DNA of 63,939 nucleotides, the filler included, from Reclinomonas americana ATCC 50394 (Eukaryota): the NCBI GenBank assembly GCA_048213135.1. It is 4 parts of 2 records of this genome, joined end to end, with 100 filler letters (N's around TTAATTAATTAA, not from the genome) between each part and the next. Parts side by side here need not be neighbours in the genome. Positions count along the whole stretch, not along the records: positions 1 to 9,809 come from PS015163.1; positions 9,910 to 31,680 come from PS015163.1; 2 more parts are not named here. One strand, written 5' to 3'. The notes beneath the pieces were generated by a model. It searched no databases and was not told the DNA's origin. It saw only the letters and a list, made by a program, of their open reading frames with translations. The translations under genes and the position numbers were made by a program. This document shows positions 1 to 11,874 of the stretch, piece after piece; position 1 is the stretch's first letter, and the number at the start of each line of letters is the position of its first letter.

Positions 1-27
1 GTGTCGGTAGTAGTACGTGTGTGCGGC

Positions 28-60
<33 letters not shown>

Positions 61-287
61 GGCTGGCGGACAAGTGGATGTGTGGGTGTGTCTATGTGTG
101 TTTCTCTGTGTGTGTTGGTGGGCTGATTGGTGGAGTGCACTTCCCGGTCACCAGAGGATCAGGAGAACGGAATGAGAAGGGAACAAAACCAGAGAGCGAC
201 AGAATGAGAATGAAAGAAGAGAGGAAGGAAGGAGGCATGCACCGAAAAGATGTAACAGAAGCATGCAACGACACTGAGTGAGAGTGA

Positions 288-497
288 GATAGATAGCGTG
301 TGAGACCGGAAACGAGCACAAGAAAGACAAAAAGGGCAAGAGTGTAAAGAAAGAAAGAGAACCACAATAGTGACCGCTCCCTTGTGTGTAATAAGAGAGA
401 AAGAGAGATAGAGAGCGTGTGAGACCGGAAACGAGCACAAGAAGAAAAAAGGGCAAGAGAGCCAAGAAAGCGAGAACCACAAGAGTGACAGCTCCCT
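288..497. repeat. ~120-bp tandem duplication (2 copies), probably intronic
   Basis: GCGTGTGAGACCGGAAACGAGCACAAGAA...AGAACCACAA.AGTGAC occurs at about 296 and about 415. Confidence 0.85.
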
Positions 498-528
498 TTC
501 CGAGTGTGTGTCTCACCTCCATCACAGT

Positions 529-1637
529 GGCCTTGCCTTCATCCTGCACTGGCGACTGGAGCAACGCGAGCTGGACGCCTCATTCGCCAGCCGCCGTCAG
601 GGATCGGTAGAAGTGGATCACGAGAATGCTCCGGGCGAGTCCGTTAGCACCAAGTTGATGAACTACGCGCTGTACAGTGAGTAGCAGCACCGTCTCCCTT
701 TACATTCGTCATCTCTCGCTAACATGGTGGGCGCAGTTGTCGGCTTTGGCTTGCTCACCAGCACCGTGTTCTCGATTGTGAACATGTTGGAGTCACTGGG
801 CACGGTACGTCACGTTGTGCGCGACGTGGTGAGAATCCGACTAACCTCTATGTTCTGCAGTCGTGGACTCCCGGTGACATCAACAACGTCATGTTGCGCT
901 TCACCGAGTGCTTTTGTTTCTTGCACTCCACGACTCACTCTCCTTTTCGCAGGTATGGAACATTCGCACGTCCTGCATGGAGCCTCGGCTTGGTGCTCCT
1001 CGTCTACGTCATGCACGAGAGCGTGTGCAATCCGTTGCGCAGGATGTGCATGCACCGCTTCTCCTTGCCCGCTCACCCCGACACTGCGCAGTAACTTCAA
1101 GAAGGTCACCGTGGTCAATCTGTGGAGGCAGTGGTTGTCGGCAGGTGAGAGAGAATGGGAAGGGGACTGTCTCCATTCATTCCCCCACTCAATGCCTCCT
1201 TTCGTTCACAGGATACTGGACGCCGCTGGCTCGCCTGACGTATGGGGCCTACCTCATCCACCCAGTAGGTGAGTCTTCTACCCGCACTCACTCTCCGGCC
1301 CCGCTTCTGCTCACTCCCTGCCAGTGATTTTCCTCAACTACATGTCCCGCCGCATGTTGCTGGAGGTTTGTCCCCTGCCTCCTTCGATGCCGTTTTCTTT
1401 CCTGCTCTCACTTCCGCTTCCTCGTCGCAGTACTCGGCGATTGTTGCGCACTACTGCATTCTTGGATGGCCACTCTCCTGATCACATCTGATTCGTGTGT
1501 TTGTCGTGCAGGAAATCACCACCAACACGGTGGCGAACTGCTTCGTCTCGTACATGTTCTCGTACCTGCTGTTCGTGCTGGTGGAGAAGCCGTTCATGCG
1601 CATGGAGGCACTGTTTCTGCCGCACAGGCGCAGCTGA
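529..1637 (+). CDS. Acyltransferase family 3 / NRF-6-like membrane O-acyltransferase, 3' part (5' exons upstream of window)
   Basis: Spliced exons read GLAFILH..., YGTFARPAWSLGLVLLVY, GYWTPLARLTYGAYLIHPV and SYLLFVLVEKPFMRME, matching the 'W.PLSRLTY..YL.H' and 'VE.PF' motifs. Stop TGA at 1635-1637. Confidence 0.85.
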
Positions 1638-1970
1638 GAAGGCGCGCGCATGACAAGTACAGTGAAGGGGTATTTTTGTGATTGGTGGGATTTGGAGGAA
1701 CGGGTTGCAAGCGGGAATGGTAGGTCTGTCAATGGAGACTTGATCCACGCGCAGCGGCGCACAGCAACAACTTGAATCATGCACACAGCTGTGCGTGAGC
1801 AGAGGTTAACATGGGCCTCTGTTTCTCGTAACAATTTGTGACGTCTCAGTTCCGTATGGCTATTCGGATTGCACTGCGCTCCAGCTGCTGCTGTTGTGGA
1901 TCCGGGGTATACGATATCAACGCGGTTGCAAGCAGGGCAGTTCGCCCAACCATACGTCCTGCAGTGGTGC

Positions 1971-2148
1971 AGGTTTGAAGGTCGAGGGTTGAGGGTCGAC
2001 GGTTGAGGGTTGATCACGAGGCTTGAGGGTCAAGGGTTGCAGGTTGAGGGTTGAGGGTCGTGGGGCGAGGGATGAGGGTCGAGGGTTGAGGCTTGAGGCT
2101 TGAGGGTCGTGAGATGAAGGTCAAGGGATGAAGTCAGATCTGCAGGGT
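1971..2148 (+). repeat. Degenerate heptamer array (TTGAGGG/TCGAGGG), telomere-like
   Basis: Runs such as GAGGGTTGAGGGTCGACGGTTGAGGGTTGA...GAGGGTTGAGGGTCG...GAGGCTTGAGGCTTGAGGG show 7-bp periodicity. Confidence 0.75.
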
Positions 2149-2285
2149 GGAAGGCAAAGATAGATAGAGTCGCTGCTTGAACATGTGGTTGTCGATCATG
2201 GGCCAAGCTAAGGATCAATCAGGATCCACCGCTGGCTAAAGTTGTCATGTTGTCCGCTTTTCGACTTCCCGAACACACCACCACG

Positions 2286-5200
2286 ATGAGTGAGCACAGC
2301 ATCGCCCGCTCAGCCTCCGCCGGCTCCGCTGACTCACCAATCATCGCACGCACCATCCGCGCACTCGACGTTTTCCGCTTTCCAAGTCGCCGACGACTGG
2401 CGGCCGAACTTGCACGCAGAGTGGTGGATGGTGAGTGAGAGAGAGTGAGAGGACAACAAGCTGCGGAAGAAAAGCCTATTTTTTGCTCATCTCCTTCACT
2501 CTGCAGTGGAAAGCGCGCCTGTGCTCATTGTGCTTACTGGCGATGGAGGCAGTGGCAAGTCGTTTTTGGCCGAGCTCATCGTGGCGGAGATGGAGAGCTG
2601 TGCGTGGCATGGATCGGCGATCACTGTTGACATGCGTGGGCATATTGCTGATCCCTCGGAGCACACCACAGTTGCGGGCGGTGTGCATTGTCTTTCCTCC
2701 TTCCTCTTCCTCTTCCTCTTCTTCCTTGTTTTCCTCATTCGTCTCCGTCCATGATCTATTGTCAACTTTGTCTTCTTCTTCTTCTTCTTCTTCTCCTCCT
2801 CCTCCTCTTCCTTGCTGTCCCACTTTCGTTCCATGTGCTTCAAGGACTCTTCTTCATAATCCACCTTGTAGCAAGGGATCGTCCGTCTGTCTCTTCTTCC
2901 TCTTCTCCTCCTTCCGCCTCGTCTACTTATCCTTCCTCCTNNNNNNNNNNNNNNNNNNNNNNNNNNNNNNNNNNNNNNNNNNNNNNNNNNNNNNNNNNNN
3001 NNNNNNNNNNNNNNNNNNNNNNNNNNNNNNNNNNNNNNNNNNNNNNNNNNNNNNNNNNNNNNNNNNNNNNNNNNNNNNNNNNNNNNNNNNNNNNNNNNNN
3101 NNNNNNNNNNNNNNNNNNNNNNNNNNNNNNNNNNNNNNNNNNNNNNNNNNNNNNNNNNNNNNNNNNNNNNNNNNNNNNNNNNNNNNNNNNNNNNNNNNNN
3201 NNNNNNNNNNNNNNNNNNNNNNNNNNNNNNNNNNNNNNNNNNNNNNNNNNNNNNNNNNNNNNNNNNNNNNNNNNNNNNNNNNNNNNNNNNNNNNNNNNNN
3301 NNNNNNNNNNNNNNNNNNNNNNNNNNNNNNNNNNNNNNNNNNNNNNNNNNNNNNNNNNNNNNNNNNNNNNNNNNNNNNNNNNNNNNNNNNNNNNNNNNNN
3401 NNNNNNNNNNNNNNNCCTCTCTCGTCTCTACGTACGTCTCTTCTCTATCTACCTTCTTACGTCTACGGTACGTCGTCCGTCTCGTCTCTCTCTCTCTCTC
3501 CTTCCGTCCTCCGTCTCTACTCTCCTCCTCCTCCTCCTCCTCCTCCTCCTCCTCCTCCTCCTCCTCCTCCTCCTCCTCCTCCTCCTCCTCCTCCTCCTCC
3601 TCCTCCTCCTCCTCCTCCTCCTCCTCCTCCTCCTCCTCCTCCTTCTTCTCCTTCTCCTTTCCTCACTCCTCCTCCCTCACCCTTCCCCTTTTAGACCACC
3701 AGCGCCATGCGCACCGCCCTCTCCGCCTTTGTCAGCGCCCAAAAGCAGGCCGACGCCGACGAAGGCGAACGCCTGGCACTCTTTGTCGACGCCGTCTGCA
3801 ACAGCGGCAACGCCGACCCGGCACGCCGCGAACTGCGACGCCTGCTGCACGCCTCCCGCGGCGTCTTTGTGCTCGACAATGTGGCCTCGCTCGAACAAGT
3901 GCGCGAGGTGTTGTGCGATGGAGGTGCGTTAGCATCCACTCCTTCCTCCCATCTCCTTCCCCCCGAGCCTCACCACCTTCAGACGCAACAGAGTCGTCGC
4001 AGTTCGAGCTGGCCCCCGTGACGATTGTGACCAGTCGTTTTCCGCCAGTGGCCACGGCCTTGCGCGATGCACTCGCCGGCACGAGCACAGTGGTGGAGGA
4101 CGTGCATGTGACCTGCGTCGACGATGCCGACATTGCGGACTTGGTGGAGCAGTGTTTGGCGGAGGTGGGCGACAATGTGCGGCAGCAGGTGGTGGCCTCG
4201 TTTGCAGATGATGCGCAGCGGAGTGCGCTGCGTGTCAATGCGTGTTTAGGGTGAGTGGGGGAATATGGAAAAGGAGGGAGGCGAGGGCTGGAGGAGAAGG
4301 ACACTCTTTTACCTTTCATCTTTTTCTGCCTCCCCTTGTTTCACTTCTCGCCTCGTCTCCATTTGTTCCTTTCCACTTTGCGCCGAATGGAGAACGAGCA
4401 TCTTGTGCTGCGATGAACTGTGCATTGCATGTTCATCAGCCTCGGAAACCCCTGTTCACGCCAATCTTTGTTTACTTTTTCTAATCCCTTCCCTTAGATC
4501 TCACCCTGGTTCAGCGTTCTCCTTGTTCCGTCCCTCCCCTCCCCCTTTCCCTTCCCCTTCCCCTCCCCTTTGTTATTCCCGTTGCACTCTCCTTCTCTGT
4601 TGCCTTCCCCTTTACCTTCCCCTTTCCTCTTAATCTTCCTTTCCCCTTTATCCCCCTTTGCCTTCCCCTTTGTATTCACCCTCGCCTTCGTTTGACATAG
4701 CTTCCTCATGTCATGCCGCCCGCAAGAACTCGACGCCAACGGCCGCCTCACCAGCGTCCTCGCCGAGACCGGCCGCGAGGCCCTCTACCAGCTGCTGGAG
4801 CGCAACGTCTCCTCGCAGGGCGAGACAGAGCGACGTCTCCTGGTGCTGCTGGTCGCCGCCAAGGAGCTCGGCATCACCGCCACGCAGCCGTTTGTGCAGG
4901 TGGCCGACGCCCTCGTGCGCGACGCCATGATTGACATTACCGAGGTGGCGGACGAGGCAGCAGCAGCAGCAGCTGAGGAGGTAGCAGATGTCGATGACGA
5001 CCGCGTGCAAGCCGTGTGCTCGAGAATGGTGCAGCTGGCGCGCTGCGCACGACGACTGACGCTGCACGAGATGGCGTGCACGAGGCGTGTTCGCGCCGCG
5101 CACCTGATTGCCGAGCATCAAGTGGAGGAGTTGCCGGGCGCGGAGGTGGTCATGCTGCGCCAGCGAGTCGCACAGTTGGTGCCTGCCGGCGATTGTGCGG

Positions 5201-6573
5201 CCACACTGACGGCCTTGCAGCACGTGAATCTGGTGACCGAGGCCGCCGTGCTCGGCTCTGGCAGTGTGCTGGCGCGCATTCTCTCGGTGGACGACGTGCG
5301 CGCGGCGAGTGACGATCGTGTCGAGTATCGGGTGCACGACGAGATCGCCCGCTGGATGGCGTCGCATGCCGGCGGCGTCGCCGTGCGCCGTGCACGACAC
5401 TTGCTGATCCGCGTGCTGTGCTGCGCACTGGCCGGCATCGATTCCGACATTGACTTTGATCGCCTGCTGGCGGTGATGCGCGAAGCCATGCCGGTGCTGG
5501 TGACCCTGTGGCGCCACCTGGCCGAGGACGAGGAGCTGTGGAGCCTGGAGCCGACGGCCGATGCCGGGCCACTGCTGCTGCAATTCGCAGCCGTGGAATG
5601 CATTTGCTCGCTGCTGTGGCTCGGTCGCATGCCGGCCCGCATGTTTAACGAGCAGTGGTCGACGGTGCTGCTGGGCCGCGTGCGCATGTACGTGCGTGAT
5701 CACCACCAGCAGAACCAGCAGCTGTACTTGACGGCGTTGAGGACGGAGGCCATGTTGTGCACGCTGCTGCGCCAGCGTGCCGACTCTGTCGAAGCCTGGA
5801 AAAAGGTGTGGTGCCATCACGAGCCGCTGCTGGCCGGCAGACAAGTGCGTGGTGTCGATCTGCTAGATGCTCTCCGTGTGTGGCGCAGTCTCGGTGCCGC
5901 CAGTCAGGATGAGGTGATGCTGAAGGCGTGCTTGCGCCGGCAGCACGAGCTCATTGGCGTGGCGCACTTTGACACCATGGTCACCGTGTGCCGGCTGGGG
6001 TCGGTGGCCTGGGACAAGATGCAGTTTGCGGTGGCCGAGGCACACTTTCGTGAATGCGTGCGAGTGGCACGGGCGTTGCTGGGCGACGACCACCCCGACA
6101 CACTGACCCTGCTCTACAACGTGGCCTCGAGTGCCCTCAGCTGCGGGCGTGAGGAGCAGGTGGCGTTGCATAGGGCGAGTCTGGAGAAGCGACGACAAGT
6201 GCTCGGTCCCATGCACCCGCACGTTCTCTCCTCCATGCACAACATGGCGTGGAGCCTGCTGCAGCTCGACACCGAGGAATCGCTCGCCGAGGCGCACACG
6301 CTGTTTGCCGATTGCTTGGCGGCTCGGCTGGAGGTCATGGGCCCGCGACACGAAGACACGCTCGGAACCATGGTGCAGTGCGCGTGGGTCCTCGCCAAGC
6401 GCTTCTCGCCGCAGCGTCTCGACGAGTCGGAGGCGATGTTGGTGGAGGCACTGGCTGGCCTGCGCTTGGTCTACGAGGAGAGCGCCTGGCAGGTGCAGGA
6501 GGCGAAGCAGGCGTTGGAGTTGGTGAGGGATGCGATGGGAGTGCCGCGGCTGGCCAACAAGGCGGTGGAGTGA
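2286..6573 (+). CDS. STAND-class P-loop NTPase (NB-ARC/NACHT-like) with C-terminal TPR repeats
   Basis: Approximate exons: 2286-2430; 2507-2680 (Walker A VLTGDGGSGKS); 3694-3923 (Walker B VFVLDNV); 3982-4250; 4701-6573. The last exon has kinesin-light-chain-type TPRs (LGDDHPDTLTLLYNVA, LGPMHPHVLSSMHNMA, MGPRHEDTLGTM). A gap at 2941-3415 could hide an exon. Confidence 0.8.
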
Positions 6574-6620
6574 TAGAGAGGGGGGGTGAAGGGAAAGGAG
6601 AGGAGAGGAGAGGAATGAAT

Positions 6621-6853
6621 GGGTGAATTAACTTGTTTACGATGGAGAAGAGCAACGACCTCGTGCAGCACCTATACACCACGTTGAATGCAAGTGCACG
6701 TGGGCGATCACGAATTCGAAATCCAGCTGCAGTAACTTGTTGTTTACGTTGCAGAACAGCAACCCGGTTCCACGTGCACGTTGAATGCATGCGGGTGAAT
6801 TACCTTGTTGTTTACGTTGAAGAAAAGCAACGACCTCGTGCAGCCACCAATAG
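6621..6853. repeat. Local degenerate direct repeats
   Basis: GGGTGAATTA.CTTG..TTTACG.TG.AGAA.AGCAACGACCTCGTGCAGC occurs at about 6621 and 6793, with a partial copy at about 6733. Confidence 0.75.
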
Positions 6854-7257
6854 AACCAAGTGCGACGTCGACGTCGAATTCGGCATTCGAATTCGACGCA
6901 CACCACGGCTCTCCACTCAGCGTAATGCACCTCTGTCGCTGCGCACTTATACACACGACCACAAGGCTACGACCATTACAGTTGCACGAGCCGAGGTTTC
7001 TCTTGCGCATGCAGAAGGCAATATCAATGCGTCTCGACTTTTTCTCTCCGTTTCCGCAGCGTAATGTCTCAGTTTCTGCTGCTCGAGAGGATGCATCATG
7101 CAGCTGTGTTACTGTTGGAATTCGCAAAGTCGTTGTGCAAGGGGAAGTTCCTTGAAGGACAAGGCCAATCAAAATGTCCCAAGCAATTTCTTTTCTCACT
7201 CCACAAGCGCGCACACACCATCTGCGTGCGTGCGTGCGTTTTCCCACTCTCCTCCTC

Positions 7258-9757
7258 ATGGAAGAAGAAGATGTCAACGCAGTCACAGAAACACAAATCG
7301 CTGTGGATCACACGCAGTCAACGCATCCTTCTCCTCCTCCTTCTGTGAGTGTGACTCAGCAGCAACAGCAACAGTCTCATGCGGGATTTGTGTGGCGACG
7401 AATCATTGCGGGTGGGTTGGGAGGCACAGCGGGAGCGATTCTCACGCATCCACTGGATTTGTTGAGGACGAGGTTGCAGGTGCGTGAGAGAGAGGAGAGA
7501 GAGAGAGGGAGAGAGAGAGAGAGAGAGAGAGAGANNNNNNNNNNNNNNNNNNNNNNNNNNNNNNNNNNNNNNNNNNNNNNNNNNNNNNNNNNNNNNNNNN
7601 NNNNNNNNNNNNNNNNNNNNNNNNNNNNNNNNNNNNNNNNNNNNNNNNNNNNNNNNNNNNNNNNNNNNNNNNNNNNNNNNNNNNNNNNNNNNNNNNNNNN
7701 NNNNNNNNNNNNNNNNNNNNNNNNNNNNNNNNNNNNNNNNNNNNNNNNNNNNNNNNNNNNNNNNNNNNNNNNNNNNNNNNNNNNNNNNNNNNNNNNNNNN
7801 NNNNNNNNNNNNNNNNNNNNNNNNNNNNNNNNNNNNNNNNNNNNNNNNNNNNNNNNNNNNNNNNNNNNNNNNNNNNNNNNNNNNNNNNNNNNNNNNNNNN
7901 NNNNNNNNNNNNNNNNNNNNNNNNNNNNNNNNNNNNNNNNNNNNNNNNNNNNNNNNNNNNNNNNNNNNNNNNNNNNNNNNNNNNNNNNNNNNNNNNNNNN
8001 NNNNNNNNNNNNNNNNNNNNNNNNNNNNNNNNNNNNNNNNNNNNNNNNNNNNNNNNNNNNNNNNNNNNNNNNNNNNNNNNNNNNNNNNNNNNNNNNNNNN
8101 NNNNNNNNNNNNNNNNNNNNNNNNNNNNNNNNNNNNNNNNNTGCTTGCATACGCGACTGAGCTCGTGCATTCTCTCTTGTTTGCCCTTTCGTCCTCTCGT
8201 CTCTTTCTCTCTGTGTCTCTCACTCTCTCTCTCTCTCTCTCTCTCTGTTCTCGAGAAAGCCGAACGACGAGCAGTCTTGCTTGTTCGGTTGTGAGCTTCA
8301 TTCTTTCTCGTCTCTCTCTGCCTCCCTCTCTCTGTCTGTCTCTCTCACTCACTCACTCTCTCTCTCTCTCTCTCTCTCTCGCACACACACCTTGTGAGAA
8401 AGCCGAACATCCGATCGTCGCATGTTTCATTCTCTTCTTGCGTCGCTCTGCCTCCAGTGCCATTCCTGTTTCTCTGTTCCTCTCTTCTCTCGCCTGCAAG
8501 CTACACACACTTCCTCACTTACTTTGTCTTCGAAAAAGCCGATCGAGCGACCCTCGCTTGCTTCGTTCTCTGCTTCCGTTCCCGAGAAGAAGCGGACTCG
8601 CTTTCTCTCCATGACTCCTTTCGTTCCGTCGTCTGTCGTGCTCCTCGGTTTCTTTACTTGGCCTTACCCTCTCAGTCACGCTCTCCCTCTTTCCCCTCTT
8701 TCCCTTCCCCTGCTTCCCCCTTATCCTCCTCCCCCTTGTGCCCCCCTTCCCCCTTGACCCCCTTCCCCTTCCATCGCAGTCCACCATGGCCTCCGCCACC
8801 TTCGCCCGACCAGCAGCCCCACCGACCACCGCCGCCGTCACCACCAACAAAACCTACATGCCGAAGACCCTACAAGCACTAGTGTTGCGTCATCCCGCCG
8901 CTCCCTCGCCTCCACAACCGTCCTTCTCACTTATTTTTCTAGTGATATTGGACGCCTGGAGGGTATTCGCGGCCTCTTTCGCGGCCTCATACCCAACCTC
9001 GTGGGCGTGATGCCTGCGAGAGCCATTTACTTTGCCTCGTATGGCACGTCGCTGATTTCCTGTCTCAGTGCGTCTGTTGTTGCTAACGTTGTCGTCGTGC
9101 AGATCTCACAAAGAAGCTGCTCACGGCGGGCGACGAATCGAGAGAAACGAGTATCGTACACTCGATATCGGCAGCCAGTGCTGGTGAGCCCGCAGTCGAT
9201 TGTTCCATGCTTCTTGTCTTCATGCGGCCAACCACTTTCTTTGTGCACAGGCGGCGTCACTGCCTCGGCCGTGTCTCCATTAGGTGTCATCAAAACCCGC
9301 ATGCAGCTCCACCCAGGTGCGGCGCATCACCTCCTCTCTCTATATCTCGTCCCCGCTGCTGACCAGGTTGGCACTCGCAGTTGGCGAACCCGGCTACACA
9401 TCCTACTGGGACTGCACACAACGCATGTATAGAAAAGAGGGCATTCGCGCATTCTATCGCGGCCTCTCTGCATCGTATCTAGGTCTGTTCCCACTTCCTT
9501 CACTTGTTGCTTTATTTGCGACTCACGTTGTGTTCATCTGCAGGGACCTCGGAGACTGTCGTACAGTTTTTGTTGTATGAAAAGTTCAAACGCATGGTTG
9601 CAGCGGGCAGTTGCGTTCAGCCTCTTCCACGATCTCTACGCGACAGTCACTCACACCATACATGCAGTGGATGGCGAACGACCTCATCCACTGTGGTTCT
9701 TCATCACCGCCGCAACGTCAAAGCTAATCGCCTCGTGCGTGACATACCCGCACGAGG
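7258..9757 (+). CDS. Mitochondrial carrier, pyrimidine-nucleotide carrier type (SLC25A33/36, Rim2-like); 3' end in gap
   Basis: IIAGGLGGTAGAILTHPLDLLRTRLQ, EGIRGLFRGLIPNLVGVMPARAIYFASY, SPLGVIKTRMQL, EGIRAFYRGLSASYLG and SKLIASCVTYPHE give carrier PX(D/E)XX(K/R) signatures plus the Rim2-type motifs. Confidence 0.9.
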
Positions 9758-9853
9758 TACGTGCCTGTCTCATCTCCTGTCCATTTGTGTTCCTTGTTTC
9801 CAAACTCGCNNNNNNNNNNNNNNNNNNNNNNNNNNNNNNNNNNNNNNNNNNNN

Positions 9854-9865
9854 TTAATTAATTAA
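9854..9865. other. Synthetic contig linker TTAATTAATTAA (also at 31725-31736 and 62638-62649)
   Basis: An identical 12-mer with stops in all six frames sits centred in ~100-nt N runs, three times. Confidence 0.95.
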
Positions 9866-9951
9866 NNNNNNNNNNNNNNNNNNNNNNNNNNNNNNNNNNN
9901 NNNNNNNNNCTGCTTCTCCCTTTTCCCTCCCCCTTCCCCTCCTCCCTTACC

Positions 9952-11263
9952 TCACTCCTCGCCCTGTATTCTCTTCCTCGCCACGACAAACCAATTGTCG
10001 GCCTCCCACCCTCTCTCCACAATCTCCAGCTCGCCCACACTGTGACACAATTGCTCCAGCTCGCCGTCCTTGAACAGGTGATAGAAACGCGTGTACACCA
10101 CCGCCACATCGGGGTTGGCAGGAGGAGGAGGCGCTGCAGCTGCGGCAGCCGCCACCGCTGGTGCAGCCGATGGCGCGGCGAACTGGTGGCGGAGGTGCCA
10201 CGGCACCAGCACATCTTGCTCCTCGTAGCGCTTCTTGGCCTGCTCAAACGCCCACACCTGCACGAGCAGGGAGCCGCCGGGCCTGAGTATTCTCACCAGT
10301 TCCTGCGACACGCGTGAGTGTGGGGGCGACTGACGGGGCAATTCAAAGAAGAGGAGAGCACGAACTCGCAACGCCTGCAGTCGACGACGCGCACTCGACA
10401 GGTGATGAATGACGGCCACCGAGATCACCGCGTCCTGCGCGCGCCACGTGAGCGTCGACTGCGAGGCGCGCAGGAGAAGGCGATTGGAGACGCAACAAAG
10501 CACGCGGAGCGGTACGGCAACGCCATGTTGTCGGCCTGCACGCAGTCGTGGCCCTTGTCGACACAGATGCGGGCCAGCTGGAACGAGCTGCGAGGGGAGG
10601 CAATGGGTCGGCAGGGTGAGAGAGAGACAATGGGAGCAGGAGAAGGGACGCACCGATCCGAGGCAAACATGGCCACCTGGTCGTTCACGTTCAAGTACTT
10701 GCCGTTGCCGGTGCCTGGGAAGGGGGAGGGAGGGAGAAGTGGGTTGAGGGAGAGAGGTTGCAGAGGATTGTGAGGGAAAGGTGGAACGAAGAGTGGGAAG
10801 AAAGGGACTTGCAGCGAGACACGGAAGGACAGAGAGCAGCACGCACAGAGGAGAGTCGTGAATATAGCGAAGGGAGAAAGCATTCAGATCACCTCTCTCT
10901 TTCTGAACCCCGTCCTGCGGCAGTACGAATGCTGCTTCGTTCCTCCTTTGCTCCAAGTCAGTGAGCCTTCTATTGCTTCTCTCTCTCTTTCTGAACCCCT
11001 TCCTGCTTCAAATGCTGTGGCCACGACGATCTGCTTGCCTGCCTGCTTCCTCGCCTTCTTCCCTACCTTCGTTTCACCTGCTCCAAGTCAGTGAGCCTTC
11101 TCCTTCCTCTCTCTCTCCCCTCTTTTCTTAGCTCCTCTCTTGCCTTCCTTTCCCCTCTTTGCAAATATCACTGCCTGCATGCACCCCACCACTCACCCAC
11201 ATCCGCCACCAACACCGTCGACTCATCCAATGAACTCAAGAAGCTCTTCACCTTGGGCCAAGG
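9952..11263 (-). CDS. TRM9: tRNA wobble-uridine carboxymethyl methyltransferase (Trm9/ALKBH8 MTase domain); first exon probably in gap
   Basis: Exons read PWPKVKSFLSSLDESTVLVADVG|TGNGKYL, DAVISVAVIHHLSS, ELVRILRPGGSLLVQVWAFEQ, QDVLVPWHL, RFYHLFKDGELEQLC and DNWFVVARK. Confidence 0.88.
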
Positions 11264-11329
11264 CTAATAAAAACAAAAAAATAAACAAGTAAATAATAAC
11301 CTGAAATCTCCTCACTGAGAGAGAGAGGA

Positions 11330-11386
<57 letters not shown>

Positions 11387-11874
11387 AGAAGAAGAAGGAG
11401 AGAGAGAGTAGAGANNNNNNNNNNNNNNNNNNNNNNNNNNNNNNNNNNNNNNNNNNNNNNNNNNNNNNNNNNNNNNNNNNNNNNNNNNNNNNNNNNNNNN
11501 NNNNNNNNNNNNNNNNNNNNNNNNNNNNNNNNNNNNNNNNNNNNNNNNNNNNNNNNNNNNNNNNNNNNNNNNNNNNNNNNNNNNNNNNNNNNNNNNNNNN
11601 NNNNNNNNNNNNNNNNNNNNNNNNNNNNNNNNNNNNNNNNNNNNNNNNNNNNNNNNNNNNNNNNNNNNNNNNNNNNNNNNNNNNNNNNNNNNNNNNNNNN
11701 NNNNNNNNNNNNNNNNNNNNNNNNNNNNNNNTGTGGCTGGTCAACGCGTTCGCATCTGGCACAAAGAAATGGCGGCACAGCGTCCGTCTGGGCCATCTCT
11801 CCCTCTGACTGTGAGCGCTTCCTCCACGGCTGCAGTGGTCATTCCCACACTAGCCAACACACCGCCCTCAGACG

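Noticed and set aside
2435-3932. Long ORFs with X runs, poly-Pro/Leu or SLSL/RERE tracts (here and throughout)
   Set aside because: They are products of N gaps and intronic microsatellites.
4711-5844. 377-aa antisense ORF and similar shadow ORFs (e.g. 63002-63769)
   Set aside because: They are GC-rich antisense shadows of real coding exons with no motifs of their own.
9854-9865. TTAATTAATTAA palindromes as biological sites
   Set aside because: They are always centred in N runs and are six-frame-stop assembly linkers.
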